This document shows positions 1-8,964 of a stretch of DNA of 64,000 bases, one piece after another. The notes beneath the pieces were generated by a model. The model was not told the origin of the DNA. It did not search any database and saw only the letters and a program-made list of their open reading frames with translations. The first letter of the stretch is position 1; each line of letters begins with the position of its first letter. The translations under genes and the position numbers were made by a program. The DNA is from a virus: positions 308-64,307 of the IMG/VR virus record IMGVR_UViG_3300041583_000284; one strand, given 5' to 3'.

Positions 1-12
1 GAGAGGTAAGCC

Positions 13-489
13 ATGGAGTTTTCAACAGGCGGGGGGATGCCACCCCCACAGGGCATGCCACAGGCGGCACCGCAAGGCATGGGTCTCCCGCAGTTGCTCC
101 CCGGCGCGCAGCAGATGTTCGGGGCACAGCTCTTGAACAGGGTGCAGCCGTCTCCAGAACTGATGGCGGCACCACCGACGGCCCCGCCCGGCATGCAGAT
201 CAACATCAACACTCCGAACTTTGACGCCTTGGCCGCGGCACAGGCTGCCACACGAGACCGGGCGGCCCTCGCTCTGGCGGGGCAGGCACAGGGGCAGTTT
301 GGTAAAGGCGGCGGCTTGGCAGGAAAAGGGTCTGGCGTATCCGGGCTTGTTGGGCAGATGGGTCCGACAGGGCTTTTTCAGGGGGGTGGCCAGCAAGTGG
401 AGGAAAGGTCGCGCCTCAGCGACAACACCCCGTACAACATGCCCGGCGGCCGGCCGGCCCCTGACAACCGCTTCAACGGCATTTATTGA
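13..489 (+). CDS. hypothetical protein, Gly/Pro/Gln/Met-rich low complexity
   Basis: ORF with a GAGAGG RBS just upstream of the ATG. 158 aa, no recognisable domain. Lies immediately upstream of the portal gene. Confidence 0.5.
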   Translation: MEFSTGGGMPPPQGMPQAAPQGMGLPQLLPGAQQMFGAQLLNRVQPSPELMAAPPTAPPGMQININTPNFDALAAAQAATRDRAALALAGQAQGQFGKGGGLAGKGSGVSGLVGQMGPTGLFQGGGQQVEERSRLSDNTPYNMPGGRPAPDNRFNGIY

Positions 490-507
490 GCACCAGAGGT
501 AAGAAAT

Positions 508-2955
508 ATGGCGATTGAGAAGCCAATGCAGCCGTCAGACTTTCTGGCGCAAGAGGACCTCCACGAGATAGAGGTCGAGGTGCTTGACCCCCTGTCGGTT
601 GTAACCGAGGGGGACGACGGTAGTGTCACAATAGAGTTTGGTGACGAGACTGAGGCTAAGCCCGCCGCCATGGAGCACTCTGCCAACCTCGCTGAGTTTC
701 TTGACGAGGGTGAGCTGACGACGATCGCCACTGATCTGGTTGAGGGCTTCGAGATGGACCGCCGCAGCCGTAAGGACTGGGCCGAGTCTTACATCAAGGG
801 TCTTGAGCTGCTTGGGATGCGGATCGAGGACCGCATGGAGCCGTGGGACGGCGCGTCGGGCGTGTTTCACCCCATGCTGGCCGAGGCTGTGGTGCGGTTC
901 CAAGCGCAGGCCATGGGCGAGATGATGCCGTCGGGTGGCCCAGCAAAGACCAAGATCATGGGCAAGTCCACCCGGGAGAAGGTCGAGCGGGCCCAGCGCG
1001 TTGAGCAGGAGCTGAACTACCAGATCACCGAGCGCATGCCGGGCTACCGGGAAGAGACCGAGCAGATGTTGTTCAAGCTCCCGCTGGCGGGCTCTGCGTT
1101 CAAGAAAATTTACTTCGACCCCACCACCAAGCGGGCGCGGGCGGTGTTCGTGCAGGCTGAGGACTTCGTTGTGTCCTACGGCGCGTCTGGGCTGGAGGAC
1201 TGCCCTCGCTATACCCATGTGATGAAGCGGACCCCCAACGAAGTGCGAAAACTCCAAGTGGCGGGGCTCTACATCGACGAGGATCTCCCAGAGCCCACGC
1301 GGGAGACGACTGACATCGAGGAGGCATACGCCAAGATCACGGGCGTTGATGTCCCAACGGAGCAGGAGGAGCGGCACACTCTGCTCGAGATGCACGTGGA
1401 CATCTCCCTCCCTGCGCCGTTTGACGACCCCGAAGGGATCGATCGGCCGTATGTGGTCACCATTGACCTCACTTCACGCACAGTTCTGGCCATCTACCGC
1501 AACTGGTACGAGGACGACGAGACGCGGACCAAGCGGCAGCACTTCGCCCACTACCCGTACCTGCCGGGTATGGGGTTTTATGGCACGGGTCTAACCCATC
1601 TGGTGGGCGGCCTCACGAAGTCTGCCACCTCAATCCTTCGCCAGCTGATCGACGCTGGCACTCTGTCCAACCTACCTGCGGGTTTGAAGTCAAGATCGTT
1701 GCGCATCAAGGGGGACAATAGCCCCCTGAAGCCGGGCGAGTGGCGGGACGTGGACATCGTGGGCGGATCGCTCCGCGACTCGCTGTTTCCCATGCCCTAC
1801 AAGGAGCCCAGCGCTGTCTTGTACCAGCTGCTCGGGAACGTGGTGCAGGAAGGCCGGCGGATCAGCTCCATGGCGGACCTGCAGGTCAGCGATATGAGCG
1901 CACAGGCACCGGTGGGGACCACACTGGCCCTCCTCGAGCGCAACATGAAGGTGATGTCGGGCATCCAGCACAGGCTGCATGCCGCGATGAAACAAGAGCT
2001 CCGCCTGCTTGCTCGGGTCATTCGGGACTTCATGTCCAGCAAATACGACTATTTTGAAGATGATGATTTTGACCGGGCAGAGGACTTCGGGACGGGGGTA
2101 GACATTATCCCGGTGTCGGACCCCAACGCGGCCACCACAGCGCAGCGCATCATGCAGTATCAGGCTGCACTGCAGCTCTCTACACAGGCTCCGCAGCTGT
2201 ACGATATGGGCAAGCTCCACCGGCAGATGCTGGAGGTGCTGGGCATCCAAGACGCAGCGGAGATTATCAAGCTCCCAAGCGAGCTGAAGCCCAAGGACCC
2301 GGTGGCCGAGAACATGGCCATCCTGAAGCAAGAGCCTGTGAAGGCGTTCCTGTATCAGGACCACGAGGCGCACATCGCAGTTCACATGGCTGCGGCGCAG
2401 GACCCCAAGCTCATGCAGATCGTGGGCCAGTCTCCGTTTGCGTCGGCAATCCAGAACGCTATGGCGGCTCACATCACGGAGCACGTGGCTCTAGCGTACC
2501 GCAAGTCGCTGGAAGCGCAGCTGGGCGTACCGCTGCCCGCAGAGGACGAGCCCATGCCCGAGGATGTTGAGCTGGAGCTGTCAAGGCTCGTGGCTGCGGC
2601 GGCGGGTAAACTGTTGCAGAAGAATCAGGCCGAGGCTGCACAGCAGCAGGCCGAGCAGCAGGCCAAGGACCCACTCACCCAGATCCAGCTGAAGGAGTTG
2701 GAGCTCGAGGAAATGGGCATCAAGCTCGACGCGGAGATCAAGACCAAGCGCCTCGAACTCGACGCAATGAAGGCGATCGACGCATCTGCTATCCAGCGCG
2801 AGCGTATCGCGGCCGAGGACAAGCGGGAAGGTGCTAGGCTCGGAGTGCGTGTTGCAGAGGATGCCACCAACGCGACACGGGAAGACAAGGCCAAGGGGCT
2901 CGCCATGGGGATTGACATCGCCAAGCAGCTCGCAGGAAATAGGGGGAAAACCTGA
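508..2955 (+). CDS. portal protein (putative)
   Basis: 815-aa ORF with an AGAGGTAAG RBS, upstream of the scaffold-like and capsid genes. Long C-terminal coiled-coil segment (QKNQAEAAQQQAEQQ...ELELEEMGIKLDAEIK). Assigned by size and synteny, not by a diagnostic motif. Confidence 0.7.
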   Translation: MAIEKPMQPSDFLAQEDLHEIEVEVLDPLSVVTEGDDGSVTIEFGDETEAKPAAMEHSANLAEFLDEGELTTIATDLVEGFEMDRRSRKDWAESYIKGLELLGMRIEDRMEPWDGASGVFHPMLAEAVVRFQAQAMGEMMPSGGPAKTKIMGKSTREKVERAQRVEQELNYQITERMPGYREETEQMLFKLPLAGSAFKKIYFDPTTKRARAVFVQAEDFVVSYGASGLEDCPRYTHVMKRTPNEVRKLQVAGLYIDEDLPEPTRETTDIEEAYAKITGVDVPTEQEERHTLLEMHVDISLPAPFDDPEGIDRPYVVTIDLTSRTVLAIYRNWYEDDETRTKRQHFAHYPYLPGMGFYGTGLTHLVGGLTKSATSILRQLIDAGTLSNLPAGLKSRSLRIKGDNSPLKPGEWRDVDIVGGSLRDSLFPMPYKEPSAVLYQLLGNVVQEGRRISSMADLQVSDMSAQAPVGTTLALLERNMKVMSGIQHRLHAAMKQELRLLARVIRDFMSSKYDYFEDDDFDRAEDFGTGVDIIPVSDPNAATTAQRIMQYQAALQLSTQAPQLYDMGKLHRQMLEVLGIQDAAEIIKLPSELKPKDPVAENMAILKQEPVKAFLYQDHEAHIAVHMAAAQDPKLMQIVGQSPFASAIQNAMAAHITEHVALAYRKSLEAQLGVPLPAEDEPMPEDVELELSRLVAAAAGKLLQKNQAEAAQQQAEQQAKDPLTQIQLKELELEEMGIKLDAEIKTKRLELDAMKAIDASAIQRERIAAEDKREGARLGVRVAEDATNATREDKAKGLAMGIDIAKQLAGNRGKT

Positions 2956-3137
2956 TGGAAACCCTAGAACGCCTCCGGCGGACACTTGCCACCCAGCGCC
3001 AAGACCTCGCGGACCATCTGGCGCTGGGTGGCGCAGCAGACTTCAACGCCTATTCCAAAGCAGTAGGGGCTATTCAGACCCTAGATATGGTGTTGGGAGA
3101 GATTGCCGACATCGAAAAGAAGCAGCTTGAAGAATAA
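2955..3137 (+). CDS. hypothetical small protein
   Basis: 60-aa ORF whose ATG overlaps the portal stop (TGATG), suggesting translational coupling. Confidence 0.5.
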   Translation: METLERLRRTLATQRQDLADHLALGGAADFNAYSKAVGAIQTLDMVLGEIADIEKKQLEE

Positions 3138-3221
3138 ACTGCTCCTCGCTATCATATGACCCCATACCGTGGGACCAGCCCACGCTAGGTAACGGCGTAC
3201 CTTAAACGCTGCGGAGAGACC

Positions 3222-3593
3222 ATGTTTACACCAACCGGCGTCAAGATCGACGAGGAGTTGCGCGCCAAACTCCCGGAACCCAAGGGCTACAAGCTCCTGA
3301 TTGCTGTTCCCAAGCTGAACAAGACGACCGAGGGCGGGGTACACCTGCCCGATGAGCGTCGGGACGCAGAAGAAACTGCCTCCATCATTGGATACGTTCT
3401 CAGGCTAGGTTCCGATGCCTACGGAGACACGACCAAATTCCCCGGCGGCCCGTGGTGCAAGGAAGGCGACTTCATCATCTTCCGTTCGTACTCCGGCACG
3501 CGCTTCAGAGTGCATGGGGACGAGTTCCGCATCATCAATGATGACACTGTGGAAGCAGTTGTCGAAGACCCACGGGGGTACAGCCGCGCATGA
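3222..3593 (+). CDS. GroES/Cpn10-like co-chaperonin fold protein (putative)
   Basis: 123 aa with a GGAGAG RBS. Pattern YKLLIAVPKLNKTTEGGVHLPDE...GDFIIFRSYSGTRFRVHGDEFRIINDDTVEAVV resembles the Cpn10 layout (K-x-L-x-V, GGI-LP, GD-V-F, G-E-Y-I). Recalled similarity only. Confidence 0.5.
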   Translation: MFTPTGVKIDEELRAKLPEPKGYKLLIAVPKLNKTTEGGVHLPDERRDAEETASIIGYVLRLGSDAYGDTTKFPGGPWCKEGDFIIFRSYSGTRFRVHGDEFRIINDDTVEAVVEDPRGYSRA

Positions 3594-4492
3594 ACGAGAA
3601 AGCCAAAAAGCCCGCTGAAGACGACGACTTCGAGATTGAAATTGTCGATGATACGCCTGCGGATGACAAGGGTCGGCCACGCCGCCCGGAAGGCGCCGCA
3701 CCGGAAATCCCGGAAGATGATGATCTGGAGCAGTATTCTGATGGCGTGAAGAAGCGCATCAGCAAGCTCAAGTACGAGTTCCACGAGGAGCGCCGCCGCG
3801 CGGACGAGTCCGCCCGGCTGCGGGACGAGGCTGTTTCCTACGCCCAGCGCCAGCAAGAAGAAATCGCTGGGTATCGCAAGCGCCTCTCTGATGGCGACGC
3901 AGCCTTCGTTTCGCAGGCTCAGGGCCGGGTAAAGTCCCAGCTGGAGCAGGTGAAGGCTAAGATGAAAGCCGCCTATGAGGCAGGGGACTCAGATGCGTTC
4001 GTGTCTGCAAGTGCCGAGCTCGCCGACATCAAGGGCGAAGAAGGACGGCTCGCGTCATACCGGCCACCTCAGCCACAGCAGGCGGCCACCCCGGCCCCCG
4101 CTCCGCAGCGCCCCTCAGTGCCAAAACCGTCGCCCCGGGCAGAATCTTGGGCCACGACAAACGACTGGTTCGGCAAGGACGCGGAGATGACGGCTCTTGC
4201 GTTCGGCGTCCACGAGCGCGCGGTGCGCGAAGGTGTTGCGCCAGACAGTGAAGCGTACTATACTGAGATAGACACCGCTATGCGACAGCGGTTTCCAGAC
4301 AAGTTTGCGACCAGCGGGGAGTCAACACCCCGGAAGCAACCGGGTTCCGTGGTGGCCCCCGGCGGTAGAAGTACCGCAGCAACACCTCGCAAGGTTACGT
4401 TGACAGCGACGCAGGTTTCTCTCGCCAAGAAGCTCGGGTTGACGGTAGAACAGTACGCGGCGCAGATTATCAAGGAGATGAAGAATGGCTGA
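3590..4492 (+). CDS. scaffolding protein (putative)
   Basis: 300 aa, highly charged with helical/coiled-coil character and a Pro/Gln linker. ATGA overlap with the previous ORF. Lies between portal and capsid. Confidence 0.5.
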   Translation: MNEKAKKPAEDDDFEIEIVDDTPADDKGRPRRPEGAAPEIPEDDDLEQYSDGVKKRISKLKYEFHEERRRADESARLRDEAVSYAQRQQEEIAGYRKRLSDGDAAFVSQAQGRVKSQLEQVKAKMKAAYEAGDSDAFVSASAELADIKGEEGRLASYRPPQPQQAATPAPAPQRPSVPKPSPRAESWATTNDWFGKDAEMTALAFGVHERAVREGVAPDSEAYYTEIDTAMRQRFPDKFATSGESTPRKQPGSVVAPGGRSTAATPRKVTLTATQVSLAKKLGLTVEQYAAQIIKEMKNG

Positions 4493-4931
4493 TCGTACCC
4501 CCAGAGAGTCGGAGACTCGTGAGGCCGAAGCCCACGACACACCGTGGAAACGCCAGTCTATGCTCCCCACCCCCGAACCGCGTGATGGTCTCCATTATCG
4601 TTGGGTTCGCACCTCGTCCCTCGGCAATGCTGACATGGCAAACGTCTCACGTCGCTTTCGTGAAGGTTACGTCCCTGTCAAAGCCTCCGAGTACCTCGAA
4701 CTGAAGATCATGTCTGACGTGGACTCTCGGTTCCCGGACAACATTGAGGTTGGTGGTCTGTTGCTCTGCAGCATCCCCGACAAACAGGCGGCCCGACGTG
4801 TTGTCGGTCAGGCCCAGCAGGCGCAAGCCCAGATGGATGCCGTTGACCGGAACTACATGAAGGAGTCCGACTCACGGATGCCCGTGCTCGCGCCGGAGCG
4901 TTCGTCCCGCACTTCGTTTGGCAAGGGATAA
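4485..4931 (+). CDS. hypothetical head-module protein
   Basis: 148-aa ORF overlapping the scaffold stop by 8 nt, same strand and operon. No domain recognised. Confidence 0.5.
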   Translation: MADRTPRESETREAEAHDTPWKRQSMLPTPEPRDGLHYRWVRTSSLGNADMANVSRRFREGYVPVKASEYLELKIMSDVDSRFPDNIEVGGLLLCSIPDKQAARRVVGQAQQAQAQMDAVDRNYMKESDSRMPVLAPERSSRTSFGKG

Positions 4932-4966
4932 CCTTGCCTCCTCAACACGATTCTGGAGGATGAGAA

Positions 4967-5587
4967 ATGGCACTTACTGCCGCTCCCTATGGCCTGAAGC
5001 CCGTAAAACGCGCTGACGGTATGGCTTATGCTGGGGCTATGTCCCAGTACCTGATCGACCCCGCTGGTGAAGCGACGAACCTGTTTGTAGGGCAAGTCGT
5101 ACACATCGGCGCGGACGGCTATCTTGCTTTGACCACCGCAACTGGCGCCGATGGCACCACCAACGCGTTTGCGACTGGCACAACCCTCCGGGGTTCGCTG
5201 GGCGTCTTCATGGGTTGTGAGTATATCAACGCGCAAGGTCAGCTGATCTTCTCGCAGCTTTATCCTTCGGGTTATGCTGCACCGGCGGGCACTGAGATCA
5301 AGGCGCTTGTCGTCGATGATCCGAACGTCCTGTTCCAAGTTCAGCTGGACGGCGTTGCCGATCAGTCGGACATCGGGGCCAACACCTTCTTCGCCGCTGC
5401 CCAGACCACTTCGACTGGCAACGTGGTGACGGGCGTATCCACCTCGGCGCTGGAATCCACCACGGTCACCACGACCGCGGCGTTCCGCATTGTGTCCGCG
5501 GTATCCCCGCTGACCGACGCTTTTCCAGATGTTCTGGTCAAGTTCAACCCCGGCTACCACAGCATGACCAATGCTGTTGGCCTTTAA
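4967..5587 (+). CDS. hypothetical head-associated protein (decoration candidate)
   Basis: 206 aa with a GGAGGA RBS. Ala/Gly/Thr-rich, beta-rich composition. Immediately upstream of the major capsid gene. Confidence 0.5.
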   Translation: MALTAAPYGLKPVKRADGMAYAGAMSQYLIDPAGEATNLFVGQVVHIGADGYLALTTATGADGTTNAFATGTTLRGSLGVFMGCEYINAQGQLIFSQLYPSGYAAPAGTEIKALVVDDPNVLFQVQLDGVADQSDIGANTFFAAAQTTSTGNVVTGVSTSALESTTVTTTAAFRIVSAVSPLTDAFPDVLVKFNPGYHSMTNAVGL

Positions 5588-5600
5588 GGAGGGCTAACCC

Positions 5601-6506
5601 ATGGCAATTTCGCGCGCACAGGCCCTCAAAGAGCTTCTTCCCGGATTGAACGCTCTGTTCGGTCTGGAATACAAGAAGTACGAGGACGAGCATTCGGAGA
5701 TCTACGAGACCGAGACATCCGAGCGGTCGTTTGAAGAAGAACTGAAGCTGTCCGGCTTCGGCGCTGCCCCCATCAAGACCGAAGGGGGCGCACTGTCCTA
5801 TGATAACGCGCAGGAGTCCTACACTGCACGTTATGTCCACGAGACCGTGGCTATGGGTTTCGCCATCACTGAAGAAGCGATGGAAGACAACCTGTATGAC
5901 TCCTTGTCCAGCCGGTATACCAAGGCGCTCGCTCGTGCCATGGCTTACACCAAGCAGGTCAAGGCCGCGTCGCTGCTGAATACAGGCTTCACGACGTTCC
6001 GGTCGGGCGACGGGGCTTTCCTGTTCTCGGCAGCACACCCAACTGTATCGGGCGTAGTCAACGCCAACACTCCTTCCGTTGCTGTTGACTTGAACGAGAC
6101 GGCGTTGGAGCAAGCTGTGATCGACATTGCGGGGTACGTGGATGAGCGTGGCCTGCTGATCGCTGCAATGCCACGCAAGCTGATCATCCCACCGGGCCTC
6201 ATGTTCGTTGCAACTCGTCTGCTGCAGACTGATTTGCGTGTCGGCACTGCTGACAACGACCTGAACGCCCTGAAGACGAACGGCTCCATCCCTGAAGGCT
6301 ACCGTGTCAATCACTATCTGACTGATGCTGATGCGTGGTTCCTTACAACTGACGTGCCGAACGGGATGAAACACTTTGTTCGGGCGGCGATCACCACAGC
6401 GATGGACGGCGATTTCGACTCAGGAAATGTGCGTTACAAAAGCAGAGAACGTTACAGCTTCGGGGTGAGCGATCCCTTGGGCATCTACGGCTCCGCAGGA
6501 GCTTGA
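5601..6506 (+). CDS. major capsid protein (putative)
   Basis: 301 aa with a strong AAGGAGG RBS, followed by a strong rho-independent terminator. Position after the scaffold-like gene. N-terminal pattern LKELLPGLNALFG...KLSGFG recalled from phage major head proteins. Confidence 0.7.
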   Translation: MAISRAQALKELLPGLNALFGLEYKKYEDEHSEIYETETSERSFEEELKLSGFGAAPIKTEGGALSYDNAQESYTARYVHETVAMGFAITEEAMEDNLYDSLSSRYTKALARAMAYTKQVKAASLLNTGFTTFRSGDGAFLFSAAHPTVSGVVNANTPSVAVDLNETALEQAVIDIAGYVDERGLLIAAMPRKLIIPPGLMFVATRLLQTDLRVGTADNDLNALKTNGSIPEGYRVNHYLTDADAWFLTTDVPNGMKHFVRAAITTAMDGDFDSGNVRYKSRERYSFGVSDPLGIYGSAGA

Positions 6507-6534
6507 TAGCAATATCAAGCACTTAGGCTACAGG

Positions 6535-6564
6535 AGGCCCGCTTCGGCGGGCCTTTTCTTTTGT
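6535..6564 (+). terminator. rho-independent terminator after the capsid gene
   Basis: AGGCCCGC-TTCG-GCGGGCCT stem-loop (8 bp) followed by TTTCTTTTGT. Confidence 0.8.
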
Positions 6565-6565
6565 G

Positions 6566-6595
6566 TTGACCGCAAGTGGTAACTTACCGTATAAG
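6566..6595 (+). promoter_or_regulatory. sigma70-like promoter candidate for the endonuclease cassette
   Basis: TTGACC (6566-6571), 18-nt spacer, TATAAG (6590-6595). A TATAAGAGG motif occurs twice (6590, 6609) before the ATG at 6629. Confidence 0.35.
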
Positions 6596-6628
6596 AGGGA
6601 ACACCCGCTATAAGAGGTAACCCAGCCT

Positions 6629-8164
6629 ATGAAAACCCTTGAGCAAACGCTTGCCCTGTTCCCCTTACAAATACTGGAAAGGTACGATTTTAGCAACGCC
6701 ACCTATAAAGGCGCGTTGGTGCCTATGACAGGTATTGTGTGCCCTACACACGGGACGTTCCAACAATACTCAGCACAGTTTCGCAAAGATGGCGCGGGGT
6801 GCCCTTCCTGCGGGGCCGCCCAGCGAACTTTAACAGTGCGGATGGACCCAGAAGAGTTTCTTAGGCGGGCGGAATTGGCCCATCCGGGAAAATATGACTA
6901 CTCAAAAACGCGTTACCTCACCATGGTGGAGAAAGTCGTGGTCACCTGTCCAGAGCATGGGGACTTCGAAGTGCGACCCCTTAAGCTGGTGCATGGCAAG
7001 CAGGGGTGCCGTGCATGTGGGGACCGCAGGAAGGGGCCGACCCCCCAGTCCCACAGAAACGCAGCGGCCACCAAGAAGAAAAAGTTTCAGGCCCTATTCC
7101 CAGAGCGGGCCCGAGAGGTTCACGGGGACCTGTATGATTACTCCCAGCATGGGTACACCACCGGGCGCAACAAGGTGACTATCCTGTGCGGCAAACACGG
7201 GGCTTTCGAGCAGGCCGTGTACCACCACCTAGCAGGGCAGGGGTGCCCTAGTTGCGGGCAGAAATCAGCCCCAGAAGACGCCGTGGCGGCCTACCTCTCA
7301 CAGTTCACAACAGTTGTCCGCCGCGACCGCACGCTGATCGGGCCCAAGGAGCTGGACATTTACCTGCCTGAGCATAACCTAGCTGTCGAGTTCTGCGGGG
7401 TGTACTGGCACAGCCACGGCGACAAGGACGACGAGCGCAAGAACAAGCTGCGCCATGCTGAGAAGCACCGCCTGTGCGAGGCTCAGGGCATCCGCCTCAT
7501 AACGCTCTACGAGACAGAGTGGGCAGAACGGACGGCCACGATCAAGCGGATGCTACGCAACGCCGTTGGGAAGACCCGGGGCAGGCTGATGGCCCGCAAG
7601 TGCGAGCTGCGCAAGCCTACAGTGCAGGAGTCCCGAGAGTTCTATGAGAAGTTCCACCCGCAGGGCGGCGGGGGATCTGGAGATCATTATGGCCTCTATC
7701 ACAAGGGCAAGCTCGTTGCCTGCATGAGGTTCTCCTTCGGGAACAACGATCGGGGTGCGGGGGCAAAGGTGCGCCAATGGACCTTGAGCCGGTACGCAAC
7801 ACGCCTTGCAGTGGCAGGGGCGGCCAGCCGGTTGTTCAAAGCGTTCGTGAAGGAGCATGACCCAAGCGAGGTCAAGTCGTTCTCCGACAACAGGTTGTTC
7901 GGCGGGGGCATGTACGCCCAGCTAGGCTTCGAGAAGGAAGCCGACGTTGTTGCGGACTATCAGGTCTGGAGCCCCAAGCTAGGGTTGCGCCCGAAACCCC
8001 ACTATCAGCGGCGAGTCTTGCCGACCCGGTTGAAAGATCACGGGATCCTAGAGGTGTTTGACCCCGCCACAGACAAGCGAACTGAGGGGGAGATGACCTA
8101 CCTCATGGGTGCGCGGCGGATCTTCGATTGCGGCAAGAAAAGATGGGTGTGGCAAAGGCCGTGA
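6629..8164 (+). CDS. free-standing homing-endonuclease-like protein (zinc-ribbon repeats plus Vsr/PD-(D/E)XK-like core)
   Basis: 511 aa. Three repeats of C-P/G-x-HG-x-F...G-C-P/R-x-CG. Followed by ELDIYLPEHNLAVEFCGVYWHS, recalled from Vsr-like phage endonucleases. Interrupts the capsid-to-tail gene order. Confidence 0.6.
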   Translation: MKTLEQTLALFPLQILERYDFSNATYKGALVPMTGIVCPTHGTFQQYSAQFRKDGAGCPSCGAAQRTLTVRMDPEEFLRRAELAHPGKYDYSKTRYLTMVEKVVVTCPEHGDFEVRPLKLVHGKQGCRACGDRRKGPTPQSHRNAAATKKKKFQALFPERAREVHGDLYDYSQHGYTTGRNKVTILCGKHGAFEQAVYHHLAGQGCPSCGQKSAPEDAVAAYLSQFTTVVRRDRTLIGPKELDIYLPEHNLAVEFCGVYWHSHGDKDDERKNKLRHAEKHRLCEAQGIRLITLYETEWAERTATIKRMLRNAVGKTRGRLMARKCELRKPTVQESREFYEKFHPQGGGGSGDHYGLYHKGKLVACMRFSFGNNDRGAGAKVRQWTLSRYATRLAVAGAASRLFKAFVKEHDPSEVKSFSDNRLFGGGMYAQLGFEKEADVVADYQVWSPKLGLRPKPHYQRRVLPTRLKDHGILEVFDPATDKRTEGEMTYLMGARRIFDCGKKRWVWQRP

Positions 8165-8170
8165 CTACAG

Positions 8171-8200
8171 AAGGCCCGCCGAAGCGGGCCTTTTCTTTTG
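8171..8200 (+). terminator. rho-independent terminator (second copy)
   Basis: AAGGCCCGC-CGAA-GCGGGCCTT stem-loop followed by TTCTTTTG. Confidence 0.8.
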
Positions 8201-8278
8201 TCAAGAGGTAGTGTATCCTTCGGGCTATCCCTGACAGCGTGCATTGTGCCGCTGACCTAACCCTGACAGGAGATTCTC

Positions 8279-8515
8279 ATGGGTACTACAACATTTTCGG
8301 GCCCCGTCATTTCGACCAACGGTTTGGTCGCTGACGTTATTGGGGCTATCAAGCTCCCCACATACACTGTAGCCTCCGCGCCCTCCGCAGCCACCGCTGG
8401 TGCAGGCACGCTCATCTATGTGTCCAACGGCGCTGCTGGTGCAGCAATCCTCGCCTTCTCCGACGGCACAAACTGGAAGCGCTCTGATACCGGCGCAACC
8501 ATCGCAGCAGCATAA
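8279..8515 (+). CDS. hypothetical small structural-module protein
   Basis: 78 aa with a CAGGAG RBS. Ala/Gly/Thr-rich. Confidence 0.55.
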   Translation: MGTTTFSGPVISTNGLVADVIGAIKLPTYTVASAPSAATAGAGTLIYVSNGAAGAAILAFSDGTNWKRSDTGATIAAA

Positions 8516-8526
8516 GGGCAGCTCCC

Positions 8527-8652
8527 ATGAAAAAAGCTATTGTTTGGGCGGCTCCGTCCGCTGAGGAACTGGAAGCCCGGGGGGCAACCCCGGCTCCTGC
8601 CGAGGCCCCGAAGCCCGCCCCCAAGAAGGCTGCCAAGAAAGCCAAGGAGTAA
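8527..8652 (+). CDS. hypothetical small Lys/Pro/Ala-rich protein
   Basis: 41-aa ORF read by hand (MKKAIVWAAPSAEELEARGATPAPAEAPKPAPKKAAKKAKE). Fills the gap between flanking ORFs. Weak RBS. Confidence 0.3.
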   Translation: MKKAIVWAAPSAEELEARGATPAPAEAPKPAPKKAAKKAKE

Positions 8653-8655
8653 GTC

Positions 8656-8964
8656 ATGGCCCGCAATCAAGAAGTCGTAAACTGCCTGCCAAAAGTGTGG
8701 ACGGAGTTGACAAACTCCGACGCTGTGTCGATCACCTTTCAGGTGCAGTCGGGGGCTATCAAGGTGCGGGCCACCACGGGGGCGGCGCCCAGTTCTTTAG
8801 CTGATGGCGGGTACATCTACCACGCACATGCCACTGGCCAGCAGACAGAGGAGGGTGAGCTGCGGATACTCCTCAGCGACCTTACTGCAACAGCGGGCGC
8901 TGATCGGGTGTTTGCTACCCCCATCGACGGGCGCCCCTCGAACGTAATTGTGGACCATGCGTAA
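8656..8964 (+). CDS. hypothetical protein
   Basis: 102 aa with an AAGGAG RBS. Its stop overlaps the next start (TAATG). Confidence 0.55.
   Translation: MARNQEVVNCLPKVWTELTNSDAVSITFQVQSGAIKVRATTGAAPSSLADGGYIYHAHATGQQTEEGELRILLSDLTATAGADRVFATPIDGRPSNVIVDHA

Larger units (their letters stand above)
6528..8201 (+). mobile_element. endonuclease gene cassette bounded by 37-bp direct repeats (duplicated terminator)
   Basis: 6528-6564 and 8165-8201 share CTACAG(G/A)AGGCCCGC[loop]GCGGGCCTTTTCTTTTGT, 32 of 37 identical. The 4-nt loop is inverted (TTCG versus CGAA). Confidence 0.5.

Noticed and set aside
535-1395. Long antisense ORFs opposite well-supported genes. Examples: 535-1395, 1690-2484, 5544-6374, 12772-13458, 27464-28456, 36480-37019, 38369-39028, 39019-39912, 40923-41573, 43210-44049, 46738-47940, 52871-53587 and 62384-63265.
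   Set aside because: They are typical high-GC stop-codon-poor shadow frames. They have Arg/Pro/Gly-heavy junk composition and no RBS. Each fully overlaps a gene with recognisable motifs on the other strand.
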